Positions 26,648 to 40,085 of a stretch of DNA of 64,000 nucleotides are shown here, piece by piece. The notes below the pieces were generated by a model, which was not told where the DNA came from, ran no database searches, and worked only from the letters and a program-made list of their open reading frames with translations. The translations under genes and the position numbers were made by a program. This DNA is from Anaeramoeba ignava BMAN (lineage: Eukaryota > Protista > Anaeramoebae). The stretch lies in assembly GCA_028826165.1 (NCBI GenBank), contig JAPDFW010000100.1, positions 124,001-188,000 on the forward strand, written 5' to 3'. The stretch's first letter is position 1. Each line of letters begins with the position of its first letter.

Positions 26648-29600
26648 TCATTTCAAAATTGCTTTAATAAAATTGGAAAATTCATTGATGTTCTCAATTT
26701 CTGTTTTAAGTTCAGATCTTGCTTTTGAAAGTATTTGTTTGAATGATTCAATGATATTTGGATGAGGAAGTTCTTTTTCAATAGGTAACGGTTGAGAATT
26801 TGAAACAAGCTGATCAGGAATTGATAAGAAAAGATACATGTGAAAAATTGTTTGACAAGTTGAATTATTTTCTTGTGAAAATCTATCGAGAATTTCAAGA
26901 TTTTCGTTGAAGATTTTGGAAAGAGATGAGAAGAAATCGTCTCTTAATTTGAGGATTCTAATTTCATCAAAATCTGGATTTTCATGTGAAAAACGGACTG
27001 AATCAAAATTTTTCGATCCAAAAACTGAGTGAATAAAACTTGCGACAAAAAGAGAGTTTTTGAGAATTGATTCGCTAAGAGGATCCTCTGTTTGCGATCC
27101 TTTGATAAATTGAGCTACTGTTTCTATTGCCTTGTCAAAAACTGATTTGATGCAAACAAGCAGAAAAAGGATCATTTCGTTTATGTTTCCGTTTGCAATT
27201 TTGAGGTTAGAATAAGCAAAAACAATGTTTTGGAATGCGTGTTCCAGATCGTTATTCATAAGGAAATTTAGTCCGCAAAGATAGTTTCTGATGTACATTT
27301 GATAATTGCTCCATCTCCTTATTTTCAGATTGAAAAATTTTGTGATTCTTTCTGGATAGTTGTGAGTTCTGTAAATTTGAATAGCGTTAATGTTGTTTGA
27401 TTCGTGTTCAACTTCCAAATCTTGATTGAATATTTCTTTGAAAAGTTGCTTTGCAATTGAGAAATCGGTAATTTTTGGATCGGAAATATTCAAGCAAAAA
27501 TGCTCCAAACTTTTAAGAGAAGAATCAACAAGCGAATTCTTCTCAGAAACACATTCGTACTTGATCATTTCAAATATTTCTTGGTGTTTTTTTTCAAATT
27601 CGCTCATTTTTGTTTCATCCTTCTGAATTTTTGTTGCATCATAAATTTGCTCAGTTTGTTCCTTTTTCAAAAACGGTCCAGATCCACGAGGTGCATCCTC
27701 AATGGTATTTTGTGCGCTTCTTTGGTTGTTTTTGGTGTTGTCTTCCCATTTCCAAATTTCGTTGAAAAACTTCATGTTTTCTTCTTTAACTTCATTTACA
27801 ATCTCATGAGGAATGAAAAGATCGTATTTCAATTTTTCTGCGAAATTCAGGAGAGAGGTTCTTATTTTGGGTGTTAAATCGATCGTGATTTGAGCTCTTG
27901 GTTGCTGATTCTTTTCTGGTTCATGAACAAAATCGATTTGTAGATGAGCTTGTGCGCCGATTATTTCTTCTTTTTTCTCTTCGGCCTCTTTTTCGATAAA
28001 GATCTTTTGTTTTTGCATTGAGCGATGAACCTCCTCATTCAGATAAATCAAGCAATAAGCATTTGCTGAATCCATTCCATCGCCATAAGAGTTCTTGAAC
28101 ACTTCTTCCGAAGTGACTTTTGTGACAACTTGGTCGTTGAATTTCCACCAGCACTCTTGCGAATAATCATAAATAAACGCCCAATAATGGCCTGAAAGAG
28201 ACACGCCGCGATGAACCAAAATGGAGAACAAATAATACGGAAGTTCCTTCATGTCTTCAAACATCTTCTCCATTTCTTCCGCGTTATTTTTTATCTTCTT
28301 ACTCAGATCCTCAACTTGACTCTCGATTTTTTCAGTTTCTGTTTCAATTAGTGATATTGATGTTTTGTACTGTTTTGATTTCTCATCCTGATCCGCGTTT
28401 TCTTCCGTTTTCTTCGCGCAGGACTCGAAATAACTCTTCACAGTTTTCAAATAACTTGTTAACGGCTGCTTTTTTTCTCCATATTCATTGAGTTTTTGCA
28501 ATTCCTTTTCAAAATCGTTTTTTTTATTCCTCAAAATTTCGTTTTGTTTTCTTTTTGCAGAAGTTTTTTCGAAATTTTGATCCAAATATCGATCCAAATG
28601 GATGACTTGATCAAAACTGAATTTGGAATTATTTTTGACAGATTTTTTCTGTTTTTGATCAAAAGTCACTCTTTGCAATTGCAATATCAAAACAGGTGGG
28701 AATTGAATAACGCTGGTTCTTTTTTGCGCTTGTGTTTTGAATTTTTTGGGTGTTGTGAATTCAATTGATGTTTCCGAAGTGTACTCATCAAGTGAAGAAT
28801 ACAAATCACTTGTTGAAATATCAAGAATAATTTGTCCGAATTTCATTTCATTTATAAAAGAAAGTAGCGAATCATCTTCTTCCTTTGTTTCAATAAATTG
28901 CTTCATTGCTCCATAAAATAAATCCGAAATGAGCGTTTTTCGGTCTTGCAGTTTTTGCTCTTGATTTTGTTTTTTTTCCGTTTCCATTTCCTTTTGATAT
29001 TCCTTTAGAATTTCTTCTTCTTCTTGTTTTTGCTTTTCTTCTTCTGTTTTCTTCTTTTCCATTTCAAGTTTTTTCATTTTCGAATATTCTGGAAATCTGG
29101 CTCGATAGTTTTTCAAGAATTGTTCATACGGTTGTGCTTTTGAAGTATTTTGTGAATCTTTTTCAATTCCTTGTGAAATTTCATGAACAATATTTTTTAA
29201 TTCATGTTGCATTTCTTCTTCAGTTTTTGGTTCTTTATTTTCATTTTCATTTTCATTTTCATTTTGATTTTCATTTTTCTTTTTCTTTTTCTTTTTGTCT
29301 TCTTTTTCTAATCTCTTTAATTCTGAGCTTCTTTTTTTCTTCTTTTTCTTTCCAAGATTTAAAATCTTCAAATACAAAATATCCTTCTTCAATTCTTTTC
29401 CAAAATAAATCATTAAACTCAGTTACATCATGTTGATTTCCAATATGGAATTGTTTTCCATTTTGATCCTGAACTTTTTCAATTGCATGTTTTGGATCGA
29501 CAGCTTTATAATTAGAAAGTAATTGTCTTGCAAATAATCTTTGAATTTCATGAATTACTAAAAAAAAAAACAATCAAAATATTTTTAATTTTTTTGACGT

Positions 29601-31527
29601 TTTTTTTTTCTTATTTGAAATACAATCTAAAGGAAGAAAATGTATTAAATCATCTTTTGAAAGTTTCATTTCTTTTTTTTGTATTTCCCATTCTTTTTGT
29701 GTTGGTTTAAATTTTAAAATTTCATTTCTAAATGAAGGAAGCATGAAATAAGTTTGTAATAAAGAATTTAGAAAGCATGTATTTCCAACATTTTTTAAGC
29801 CTATTGGAATAAGTTCTTCTCTTAGATTTAATTTAGGGTTTGGTGAATAATTTGTAAAAGAAGAATTCTAGAAATTTTTTATAATTATATAATTTTATAA
29901 TTAAATTTTATAAATAATTTTATAATTATATTTTACAGATTGTGGTGATGCTTTATCACTTCTATAAAGTGTTCTTGCAGCTGAATAATTTTAAATTTGA
30001 AATAAAATCAATTTTTTAAATTCTGAATTAAATTTTAAATTTATATACATTCAGGATCTTTTGTATATCTTTTTCTATATTCATTTATAAAATCATGATA
30101 TGAAGAAAATTCTTTTGATTTTTCTTGAGTTTTTTTTGATCGTCTGTTGGTTTGTTTTCTGGTTTGTTTTCTGGTTTGTCTTCTGGTTTAGGTTCTAATT
30201 TTGGTGGTGGTTCTATTTTTTCTGGAATTTCTTGAATTTTTTCTTGTTGAATTGATTTTTCTGCTTCTTCCTCAGGTTCTAATAAATAAATATATATAAT
30301 TAAATATAAAATATAAATAATATATAAAATAAATATATAAATAAATATATAAATTAATTAAATATATAAATAAATATATAAAAAAAATAAATAAAAAAAT
30401 ATAATAAAATAAATATATAAATAAATATATAATAAATATAAAATAAAATATAAATTAAATATATAAAATAATTATAAAAATAAAAAAATATATAAATAAA
30501 TAAATAAATAAATAAATATATAAATAAATAAATAAAAATATAAAATAAATAAATAAAATAAAAATAAATAAAAATAAATAAAATAAAATAAATAAATATA
30601 TAAACAAAAATATAAAAAATAATAAATATATAAATAAAATATAAATAAAATATACAAAAAAAATAAATCAACCAAATATAAACAAACATAAATAAATAAA
30701 TAAATAAACAAATATATAAAAACAAAATATATAATAAATCAAAAATAAATAAAAAATAAATAAAAAAAATAAAAAACATATATAAAACAAAATAAACAAA
30801 TAAATAAATAAATAATAAATAAATAAAATAAATAAATAAATAAATCAAATATAAACAAAAAATAAAATATATAATTAAATATATAAATAAAATATAAATA
30901 TAAATAAATATATATAAATAAATATATAAACAAAATAAATATATAAAATAAATATATAAATAAATAAACAAAAATAAATAAATAAAAATAAATAAACATA
31001 AAACAAACAAATAAAACAAATAAACAAACAAACAAATAAACAAAATAATAAATAAAAATAAATAAATAAATATATATAATAAATAAATATATAAATAAAT
31101 ATATAAATAAATATATAAATAAATATATAAATAAATATATAATTAAATATATAATTAAATATATAAATAAATATATAAATAAATATATAAATAAATAATT
31201 AAAGTTTGTAATTAAAGTCTGTAATTAAAGTCTGTAAATAAAGTTGGAATTTTAAATTAAATTTGAAATAAAGTTATAAATGTTGTTTACGATGTGTTTT
31301 TGGAGGTGGTTTTTCTGGAATTGATTCCATTTCTTCTGGAAAATAATCCTCTAATTATTATAATAAAGAATTTTTTTATAATAAATTATTTTTAATAAAG
31401 AATTTAACTTACGACTTAAATAATTAAGAATTTGATCGAAATCTCGAAATAATTCAAGAGCTTTTTTTGCTCTTTCTCTTGGAAAACCCATATCTTCTAA
31501 ATCATTTAAAGAAGGAAGTGCAAACAT
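26648..31527 (-). CDS. Ubiquitin C-terminal hydrolase (USP family, USP25/28-like) with N-terminal UBA domain; multi-exon
   Basis: Exon 1 MFALPSLNDLEDMGFPRERAKKALE (UBA). Cys box PIGLKNVGNTCFLNSLLQTYF at about 29745-29810, GNQHDVTEF, and His box HRGVSLSGHYWAFI...WWKFND. Homopolymer frameshifts near 30135 and about 29270-29400. Confidence 0.9.
30279..31290 (-). repeat. ~1 kb intron of the USP gene filled with low-complexity (TTTA/TATA)n
   Basis: GTAAAC...TTAG boundaries on the minus strand join in-frame exons; interior is degenerate AAAT/ATAT repeats. Confidence 0.8.
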
Positions 31528-31752
31528 TTTTTAAATTTTTTTAATTAAAAAGAAAAAAAGAAAAGAAGAAAAAAAAAATGAAAAAATAATTTTTCTCCTT
31601 TATTTTTAATTTAATTTAATAAAAGGAAGGCAAAAATTTTAAATAAAAAGAAAAAAAAGCAAAAAAAAATTTTTTAATTTTAATTTTTTTCATTTTTTTT
31701 CAATTTAATTTAATTGAAATTTAATTTTTAATTTTAAATTTTAATTTAAAAA

Positions 31753-34700
31753 ATGTCAAGAACTGGAAGAACTGCTGGACCAAAAAGTCAAGAATGGGTT
31801 AGATTACAAAGAAAAATTTTCTCAAGATGGGTTAAACAAAAATTATTAAGAACTAGACCAGAAATTCAAGTAAATGATATAGTAGATGATTACAAAGATG
31901 GAATTGTTTTATTGAATTTAATTGAAGTTTTAAGTGAATCAAAATTTGAAGGAAAATACAATCAAAGACCAAAAATGTCAGTTCATCGAATTGATAATTT
32001 AAACAACGCATTGAAATTCGCATGGAGTAAAGGAGTTGATATGAAAGTGAAACCATCAGCAGAACAGTTAGAAAAAGGTGATCAAAAGGCAGCATTAGCT
32101 TTGACTTGGGGAATCATGATGAAATTCATTAAGATTGACGATGGATCAGGCGGAGAAGCTTTAAATGCAAAGGATGCACTTATGATGTGGTGCAAAAACA
32201 AAACCGCAGGATATAAAGGTGTCGAAGTTACTGACTTCAAGAAGAGTTTTGCTGACGGATTGGCTCTCTGTGCAATCATCCACAAACATCGTCCAAAATT
32301 AATTGATTTCGATAGTTTGGATTCAAGTGATCCTATCAAAACCTTACAGGTCGCTCAGGATGCTGCTGAAAAGTATTTTGCTCTGGAAAAATATATCACA
32401 CCTGATGAGATTAGAAAACTTGATGAGAACTCAATGGTTGTTTATGTCAGTGAATATTACTACGGAATTGCGGAACAAAGAAAACTTGATTTGGCAGCTA
32501 GAAGAATTAAGAAATTAATTAATTTGACAAAGGAAAATGACAGGCTTAAAGCAGAATACAATAAGACAGCCAAGAACTTCAAAGAAACGCTGAAGAAGGT
32601 TGAGAAGATTCTTGAGGACAGAACAATCGACAACACAATGGCTGGAGCTAAGCATCGTTTAGAGCAATTTTATGAATACAAAGCAAATGACAAAAATACT
32701 CTTATTGCAAATCAATTGGATCTTGAGTCGAACTACAATAATTTGGCAATGAGACTCGCTCATCACAAGCGTCCCGAATTTAAACCCGAAAAAGGTTGTT
32801 CCCTGAAAGAGGTTGCCCAGGACATGTTGCATTTGGAGGAGTGTGAACAAGAAAGAAAAGTTGCTCTTCATGCTGAATTAAATCGACAATTAAAACTCGT
32901 TAATATTTCAAAACAACATGAATCAAGATACAATAAACTCGTCGACTATTTCAAGGAGAAACAGGCATATCTTCAATTCAGAGAAGAAATTGATTCCGTT
33001 CCTGCTGCCCAATTCCAATTAACTCGTCTTGATCAATACGAAAAGGAAAATGCAACTATGATTAATACTGGTGTTGCTAATTTGAAAAAACTGTCAGCTG
33101 AATTAAAACAAGAAAAATACGAATATCAAGCACATATTGATGAACATGACAAAGATATTGATGAGAAATTCAAGGAACTTGATAAATTGTCAAAGATAAA
33201 AAGACCTATTCTTGATGATCATTTGAAACGCGAACAATTTATTGAAAAAGTCAGACAAATGAATGATGAACATAAAGATAAACACGAAAAACTTGTTAAA
33301 TGGTTTGATATTAAGAAGGCTTATTTGGAAACCAAAGAGGAAATCAACTCAATAAGCACTGCTTCTCAACAATTAAATGTCTGGGATTCTTACACTACTG
33401 AATACAACGAAACAAAAAGTACAACTCTTGTTGAACTTAAAAAATTAGGAGAAAAAACAATGGCTCAAAAATATCAAACAGAATATTCAGAATATATTTT
33501 CAATGAAACTAAATATCAAGGCAAAACATTTGGAAAGAATCAATTTTCAGATCTTACTGATAGACATGATGATATGGATAAGAAATTCCAAGAATTACTT
33601 GATTTGGCTAATGCTAAGAAACTTATTCTTGATGATCATTTGAAACGAGAAGAATTTATTGATAAAGTCAGACAAATGAATGATGAACACAAAGATAAAT
33701 ATGAAAAACTTGTCAAATGGTTTGAAGATAAAAAAGCTTATTTGGAAACTAAAGAAGAAACCAATTCCATTCCTGAAGCTTCAAAAAACTTAAACATTTT
33801 CAATTCTTATGTTAATGAATACAAAAATTATCAAGAAAAAAATCTTGTTGAATTCAAGAAATTAGGAGAAGATACAATGGCTCAAAAATATCAAACAGAA
33901 TATTCTGAATATTTTCAATGAAACTAAATATCAAGGAAAAGCATTTGGAAAAAATCAATTCTCAGATCTTACTGATAGACATGATGATATGGATAAGAAA
34001 TTCAAACAATTACTTGATTTGGCTAATGCTAAGAAACTTATTCTTGATGATCATTTAAAACGTGAAGAATTTATTGAAAAAGTCAGACAAATGAATGATG
34101 AACATAAAGATAAATATGAAAAACTTGTTAAATGGTTTGAAGATAAAAAGCTTATTTGGATATCAGAGAAGAAATCAATTCCATTATTGAAGCAAGAAGT
34201 CAACTCAATTTATTCAATATTTACGATAATGAATACAAAAACTATCAAGAAAATGATCTTGTTGAATTCCATAAATTGGGAGATGACACAATGGCTCAAA
34301 AATATCAAACAGAATATTCAGAATATATTTTCAATGAAACTAAATATCAAGGAAAAACATTTGGAAAGAATCAATTTTCAGATCTTACTGATAGACATGA
34401 TGATATGGATAAGAAATTCAAACAATTATCTGAATGGGCTAATGCTAAGAAACTTATTCTTGATGATCATATGAAACGAGAAGAATTTATTGCTAATGTT
34501 CGAAGAATGAATAACGAACATCAAGATCGTCATGGAAAACTTGTTAAATGGTTTGAAACTAAGAAAGCTTATTTGGAAATCAAAGAGGAAATTAATTCCA
34601 TTCCTGATGCTTCAAAATATTTGGATATTTTCAATTCTTATGTTAATGAATACAATGAATACAAAGAAAACGATCTTGTTGAACTTAAAAAATTAGGAGA

Positions 34701-37241
34701 AAAAACAATGGCTCAAAAATATTCAACTGAATATTCTGAATATATTTTCAATGAAACTAAATATCAAGGCAAAACATTTGGAAAGAATCAATTTTCAGAT
34801 CTTACTGATAGACATGATGATATGGATAAGAAATTCCAAGAATTACTTGAATGGGCTAATGCTAAGAAACTTATTCTTGATGATCATTTAAAACGAGAAG
34901 AATTTATTGCTGATGTTAGAGGAATGAATGATGAACATAAAGATAAATATGAAAAACTTGTTAAATGGTTTGAAACTAAGAAAGCTTATTTGGAAATCAA
35001 AGAGGAAATCAATTCAGTTTCTGAAGCAAGAACTCAACTCAATTTATTCAATATTTATGTGAATGAATACACAAAATACAAAGAGAAGATTCTTGTTGAA
35101 TTCAAGAAATTTGGAGAAAAAACAATGGCTCAAAAATATCAAACAGAATATTCAGAATATATTTTCAATGAAACTAAATATCAAGGAAAAACATTTGGAA
35201 AGAATCAATTTTCAGATCTTACTGATAGACATGATGATATGGATAAGAAATTCAAACAATTACTTGAATGGGCTAATGCTAAGAATTTAATTCTTGATGA
35301 TCATTTGAAACGAGAAGAATTTATTGATAAAGTCAGACAAATGAATAACGAACATAAAGATCAATATGAAAAACTTGTTAAATGGTTTGTTGATCAAAAA
35401 GCTTATTTGGAAAAACGAGAAGAAGTTAATTCAGTTTCTGAAGCAAGAACTCAACTCAATTTATTCAATATTTATGATAATGAATACACAATATACAAAG
35501 AGAAGATTCTTGTTGAATTTAAGAAATTTGGAGAAAGATACAATGGCTCAAAAATATTCAAACAGAATATTCAGAATATATTTTCAATGAAACTAAATAT
35601 CAAGGCAAAACATTTGGAAAAAATCAATTTTCAGATCTTACTGATAGACATGACGATTTGGATAAGAAATTCCAAGAATTACTTGAACTTGCAAATGCTA
35701 AGAAAGTTATTCTTGATGATCATTTGAAACGTGAAGAATTTATTGAAAAGGTTCGAGTGATGAATAACGAACATAAAAACAAACATGAAAAACTTGTTAA
35801 ATGGTTTGAAATCAAAAAGGCTTATTTGGACAAATGCGAGGAAATCAATTCAGTTTCTGAAGCAACAACAGCACTAAATCTATTTGATTCATATGTTGAA
35901 GAATACAAAGCATATCAAGAAAAAGATCTTGTTGATTTCAAGAAATTTGGAGATAACACAATAGCACAAAAATATTCAAATGAATATTCAGAATATGTTT
36001 ATGATGAAACTAAATATCAAGGCAAAACATTTGGAAAGAATAAATTTTCAGATATTACTGATAGACATGATGATATGGATAAGAAATTCCAAGAATTGGC
36101 AGATTTAGCCAAAAACAAGAAAGCTTATCTTGATGATCAACTCCAATTAGAAAAGAAGAAAGAAAAACTTAGACTTGATTTTGCAAATGCTGTTTCTGAA
36201 TACACAGCTCTTGTCAAACTTGAAATTGAAAATGCAAGTCTCAGAGAATTTGGATTCACTCTTGAAGAAGTTGAAGCATTTAGAGCAGTTATTGATGATT
36301 CCGATAAGAAAACAATGGAAAATGTTAACAAAATGAAGACAGAATGTGAAAAAGTGAAAAAAGAACTTGATGTTTATCAAGTAACTGATAATCCTTATAC
36401 AAAACTCACACTTGATGATGTTGAGAAATCACTTGCATCATTAAAAGAAGCACTTTCAGAAAGAATCAAAGCTTATGAAATTGAGCTCAAAAGACAAAGA
36501 GATAATGACGAATTATGCAGAAAATTTGCCGGATTGGCTGATCCATTTTCTAAATGGATTACTGAACAAAAAGACGGAATAACGGCTTCAAAAGAATCAC
36601 TTGAAAAGCAATTGGAGTTTATTAATAATTGCATCAAACAACTTCCAGAAGAGAAGAAAAAATTGGATCCACTGAAGGATCTTCAAGAGAAAATGGATAA
36701 AGCAGGAATCCAAAATAACAGACACACAACTTTGACACTTAAGGATCTAATTGTTCAATGGGAACAATATGAGTCGTTTTTGAACCGCAAGAAGAAAATG
36801 CTTGAGGAGGAAATTGAGCATCAAAAACTGCGCGGTATCACTGAAGAACAAATGCAAGAAATTGAAGAGAATTTCAAACAATTTGATTTTGACAATTCAG
36901 GTACAATTGATAGAAAAGAGTTGATGGCATGTTTATATTCTCTTGGAGAAGAGAGAACCCCTAAGGAGATCAATAAAATCATGGAGGAATATGGTGATGG
37001 AAAAGATATTTCTTATGAGCGTTTCAAAGATTTCATGATTGTTCTTTTTGGTGATACTGATACTAAAGATGAAATCATTAATGGATTCATTTTAATTAAT
37101 CGTGGTTTCAAAGTTGCTAAGAAAGATCTCATGGAATTGGTTATGGAAGACCAGGATATTGAATATATTTTCAAAACTGCTCCGCAAGTTGAAGATGGTT
37201 ATGATTATCATACTTGGACTGAAGAAGTTTTCTCTCGTTAA
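31753..37241 (+). CDS. Elongated alpha-actinin-like protein (CH1-CH2, about 11 spectrin repeats, EF-hands), about 1829 aa once frameshifts are corrected
   Basis: CH1 QRKIFSRWV...DGIVLLNLIEVLS; CH2 AKDALMMWCKNKTAGYKGVEVTDFKKSFADGLALCAIIHKHRP; EF-hand FKQFDFDNSGTIDRKEL. The ORF breaks match repeat-unit length deviations (415, 416, 419 versus 417 bp). Confidence 0.92.
33225..36140 (+). repeat. Seven tandem 417-bp (139-aa) coding repeats inside the actinin rod
   Basis: GATAGACATGA anchor at 33559, 33974, 34390, 34807, 35224, 35643 and 36060. Confidence 0.95.
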
Positions 37242-37419
37242 TTTTTTGATTTTTTAATTTTTTAATCAAAAAATCAAATCAAAAATTTGAAATTTGAAAT
37301 TTTTCTTTTCTTTTCTTTTTTTAATCAAAAAAATCAAAATTTTAATTCAAATTAAAAAAAAAAAGGAAAAAAAGAAAAGAAAAGAATTTTGAATTTTAAT
37401 TTCTTTTTAAAATTAAGTT

Positions 37420-37992
37420 TTACATCAAAAAACATTTTCCTTTTTTCTTTTCTTTTCCTTTTTGTTCTTTTTTTTCTTCTTTTTTCATTAAAAGAATACA
37501 AGATTCATAAAATAATTGTTTAATATTTTCTCCATTTTTAGCAGAAGTTTCAATAAATTTACAATTTAGTTTATTTGCTAATTCTTTTCCTTCTTCAGTT
37601 GAAACTTGTTTTTCTGTAATTAAATCATTTTTATTTCCAACTAAAATTTTTGGATAATTTTCATTTTTAAGGAAATTTTGAATTTTTTCATTCCAAAAAT
37701 TAATCTTTTTAAAACTATCTCTATCAATAACCGAATAAACTAAAATAAATCCTTGACTAAATTTAATCCATGATTCAATTATTGTACTATATTCATCTTC
37801 TCCTTCTGTATCAAGAATATTTATCATAATTTCTTTATCATCAACAATAATCTTTTTTAAAAATTCCCATTCATTTGCTGGATCATAATCATCAACAAAT
37901 CTATCATAAATCAATCTTTTTATTATTGATGTTTTTCCAACACTTCCTTTCCCAAATACTCCAAATTTTAATTTTAATTCTTTCTTTTCCAT
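37420..37992 (-). CDS. Ras-like small GTPase #1 (GKGSVGKT / YDPAN / DTEGE / CFLM)
   Basis: G1, G3, NKND, ETSAK, polybasic CaaX. Confidence 0.92.
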   Translation of the reverse strand: MEKKELKLKFGVFGKGSVGKTSIIKRLIYDRFVDDYDPANEWEFLKKIIVDDKEIMINILDTEGEDEYSTIIESWIKFSQGFILVYSVIDRDSFKKINFWNEKIQNFLKNENYPKILVGNKNDLITEKQVSTEEGKELANKLNCKFIETSAKNGENIKQLFYESCILLMKKEEKKEQKGKEKKKGKCFLM

Positions 37993-38082
37993 TTATTTTT
38001 AAAAATTAAAAAAAAAATGAAAAAATATTTTGATATTTTTTTTTTCAAAATTTAAAAAAAAAGAAAGAAATTATAAAAAGTT

Positions 38083-38664
38083 TCACATCAATAAACATCC
38101 TCCTTTTTTCTTTTCTTTTTCTTTTTCCTTCTCCTTTCTTTTTAAATAATCTTCATTTTCAAGTAAAACAAGAGCAGATTCATAAAATAATTGTTTAATA
38201 TTTTCTCCATTTTTAGCAGAAGTTTCAATATATTTACAATTTAAATGTTTTGCTAATTCTTTTCCTTCTTTTGTTTTCACAACTCTTTTTGTAAATAAAT
38301 CATTTTTATTTCCAATTAAAACTTTTGGATAATTTTTTGATTTAACATTTTGAATAATTTGATCATAAGTTAAAATTTCATTAAAAGTATTTTTATCATC
38401 TATTGAGTAAACCAAAACGAAAGAATCACAATATTTTGCCCAAGATCTTATATTATAAATAGTTTCTTCAGATGAAGCAGTATCTAATATACTTAATATA
38501 ATTTTTTTATCATTAAAATCTTTTTTTTTTCTGTATTCATCTATAAGTATTGGATCATAATCTTCAATAAATCTCTCATCAATAAATCTCATTGTTATTG
38601 TTGATTTCCCAACTCCTTGTTTTCCAATAACTCCAATTTTTAATTCCAATTCTTTATTATCCAT
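38083..38664 (-). CDS. Ras-like small GTPase #2 (GKQGVGKS / YDPIL / DTASS / CLLM)
   Basis: G-box motifs and CaaX in 193-aa ORF. Confidence 0.92.
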   Translation of the reverse strand: MDNKELELKIGVIGKQGVGKSTITMRFIDERFIEDYDPILIDEYRKKKDFNDKKIILSILDTASSEETIYNIRSWAKYCDSFVLVYSIDDKNTFNEILTYDQIIQNVKSKNYPKVLIGNKNDLFTKRVVKTKEGKELAKHLNCKYIETSAKNGENIKQLFYESALVLLENEDYLKRKEKEKEKEKKKGGCLLM

Positions 38665-38761
38665 TTATTTTAAAAATTAAAAAAATGAAAATTAAAAAAT
38701 TGAAAAATGAAAAGTTTTTTCTTAATTTTTGTTCCACTTTTTCTTTAAAAAAAAGCAAAAA

Positions 38762-39361
38762 TCACATCAATAAACAATTTCCTTTTTTCTTTTCTTTTTG
38801 TTTTTTTAATTCTTTCTTCTTTCTTTTTGCTTTTGCTTTTGGAATCGCAAGAATAGAAGATTCATAAAATAATTGATTAATATTTTCTCCATTTTTAGCA
38901 GAAGTTTCAATAAATTTACAATTTAATTGTTTTGCCAATTCTTTTCCTTCTTTTGTTTTAACTTCTCTTTTTGTAAATAAATCATTTTTATTCCCAATTA
39001 AAACTTTTGGATAATCTTCATTTTCCAAAAATTGTTGATTTTTTTTATGAATTTCAATAATTTCTTGGAAACTATTTCTATCATCTATTGAATAAACTAA
39101 AACAAAAGAATAACATTTTCTTGCTATCCTCTCATTTAAAATTTGATATTCTTCTTGTCCTGCTGTATCAAAAATCCATAAATGAATTTTCTCATTATTT
39201 ATATCCATTTTTTTAGAATCTTCATCCATACTTGGATCATAATAATCAATAAATCTTCCTTTTAAAAATCTTTTTGTTATTGATGTTTTTCCAACTCCTT
39301 CTTTTCCAAATATTGCAATTCTTAATTCTAAATAATCATTCCAATTTTTCTTTTTATTCAT
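38762..39361 (-). CDS. Ras-like small GTPase #3 (GKEGVGKT / YDPSM / DTAGQEEY / CLLM)
   Basis: Only copy with canonical DTAGQEEY. Confidence 0.93.
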   Translation of the reverse strand: MNKKKNWNDYLELRIAIFGKEGVGKTSITKRFLKGRFIDYYDPSMDEDSKKMDINNEKIHLWIFDTAGQEEYQILNERIARKCYSFVLVYSIDDRNSFQEIIEIHKKNQQFLENEDYPKVLIGNKNDLFTKREVKTKEGKELAKQLNCKFIETSAKNGENINQLFYESSILAIPKAKAKRKKKELKKQKEKKKGNCLLM

Positions 39362-39410
39362 TTTAAAAATAAATGAAAAAAAATGAAAAATTAAAAATCA
39401 AAAAAAAAAA

Positions 39411-39990
39411 TCACATCAATAAACATTTTCCTTTCTTTTTCTTTTGATTTTCATTTTGATTTTCATTATTTTTTGGAATTCCACAAAGAGTTGCTTCATA
39501 AAATAATTGATTAATATTTTCATTAGTTTTAGCAGAAGTTTCAATATATTTACAATTCAATTTACTTTGCTAATTCTTTTCCTTCTTTTGTTTTCACAAC
39601 TCTTTTTGTAAATAAATCACTTTTATTTCCAATTAAAATTTTTGGATGATTTTCTGATTTATATTTTTTAATAAAATTATCATATCGAAAAATTCTTTGG
39701 AAACTATCTCTATCATTTATTGAATAAACCAAAACAAATATTTCACACATTTCAACCCATGATTTTAAATATCCATCACTTTCTTCAGCTGCTGCTGTAT
39801 CAAGTATTCTTAATAATATTTTTTTATCATTAAAATCAATTTCTTTTCTAAATTCATCTTCAATAGTTGGATCATATTCTTCAATAAATATTTTATGTGT
39901 AAATCTTATTACTGATGTTGATTTTCCAACTCCTTCTTTTCCAAATAATCCTATTTTTAATTCTAAATCATATTCTTTATTTAAATTCAT
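39411..39990 (-). CDS. Ras-like small GTPase #4 (GKEGVGKS / YDPTI / DTAAA); +1 frameshift near 39565
   Basis: ATG at 39990 (MNLNKEYDLEL); the tail after the shift, [24 protein letters not shown]...KCLLM, matches #8. Confidence 0.85.
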
Positions 39991-40085
39991 TTCAAATAAA
40001 AAAATGAAAAGAAAAAATGAAAAATTAATTTTTTCAATTTTTTTATTCCATTTTTTAAAAAAATATAAAAATTGGAATATAAAAA

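Noticed and set aside
30354-31043. Hydrophobic F/I/Y/L-rich ORFs resembling membrane proteins
   Set aside because: Low-complexity intron of the USP gene; stop-free by composition
5328-37241. Inteins or self-splicing inserts in the large ORFs
   Set aside because: No C/S...HN-C/S/T splice junctions or LAGLIDADG motifs seen; inserts are explained by introns or low-complexity tracts
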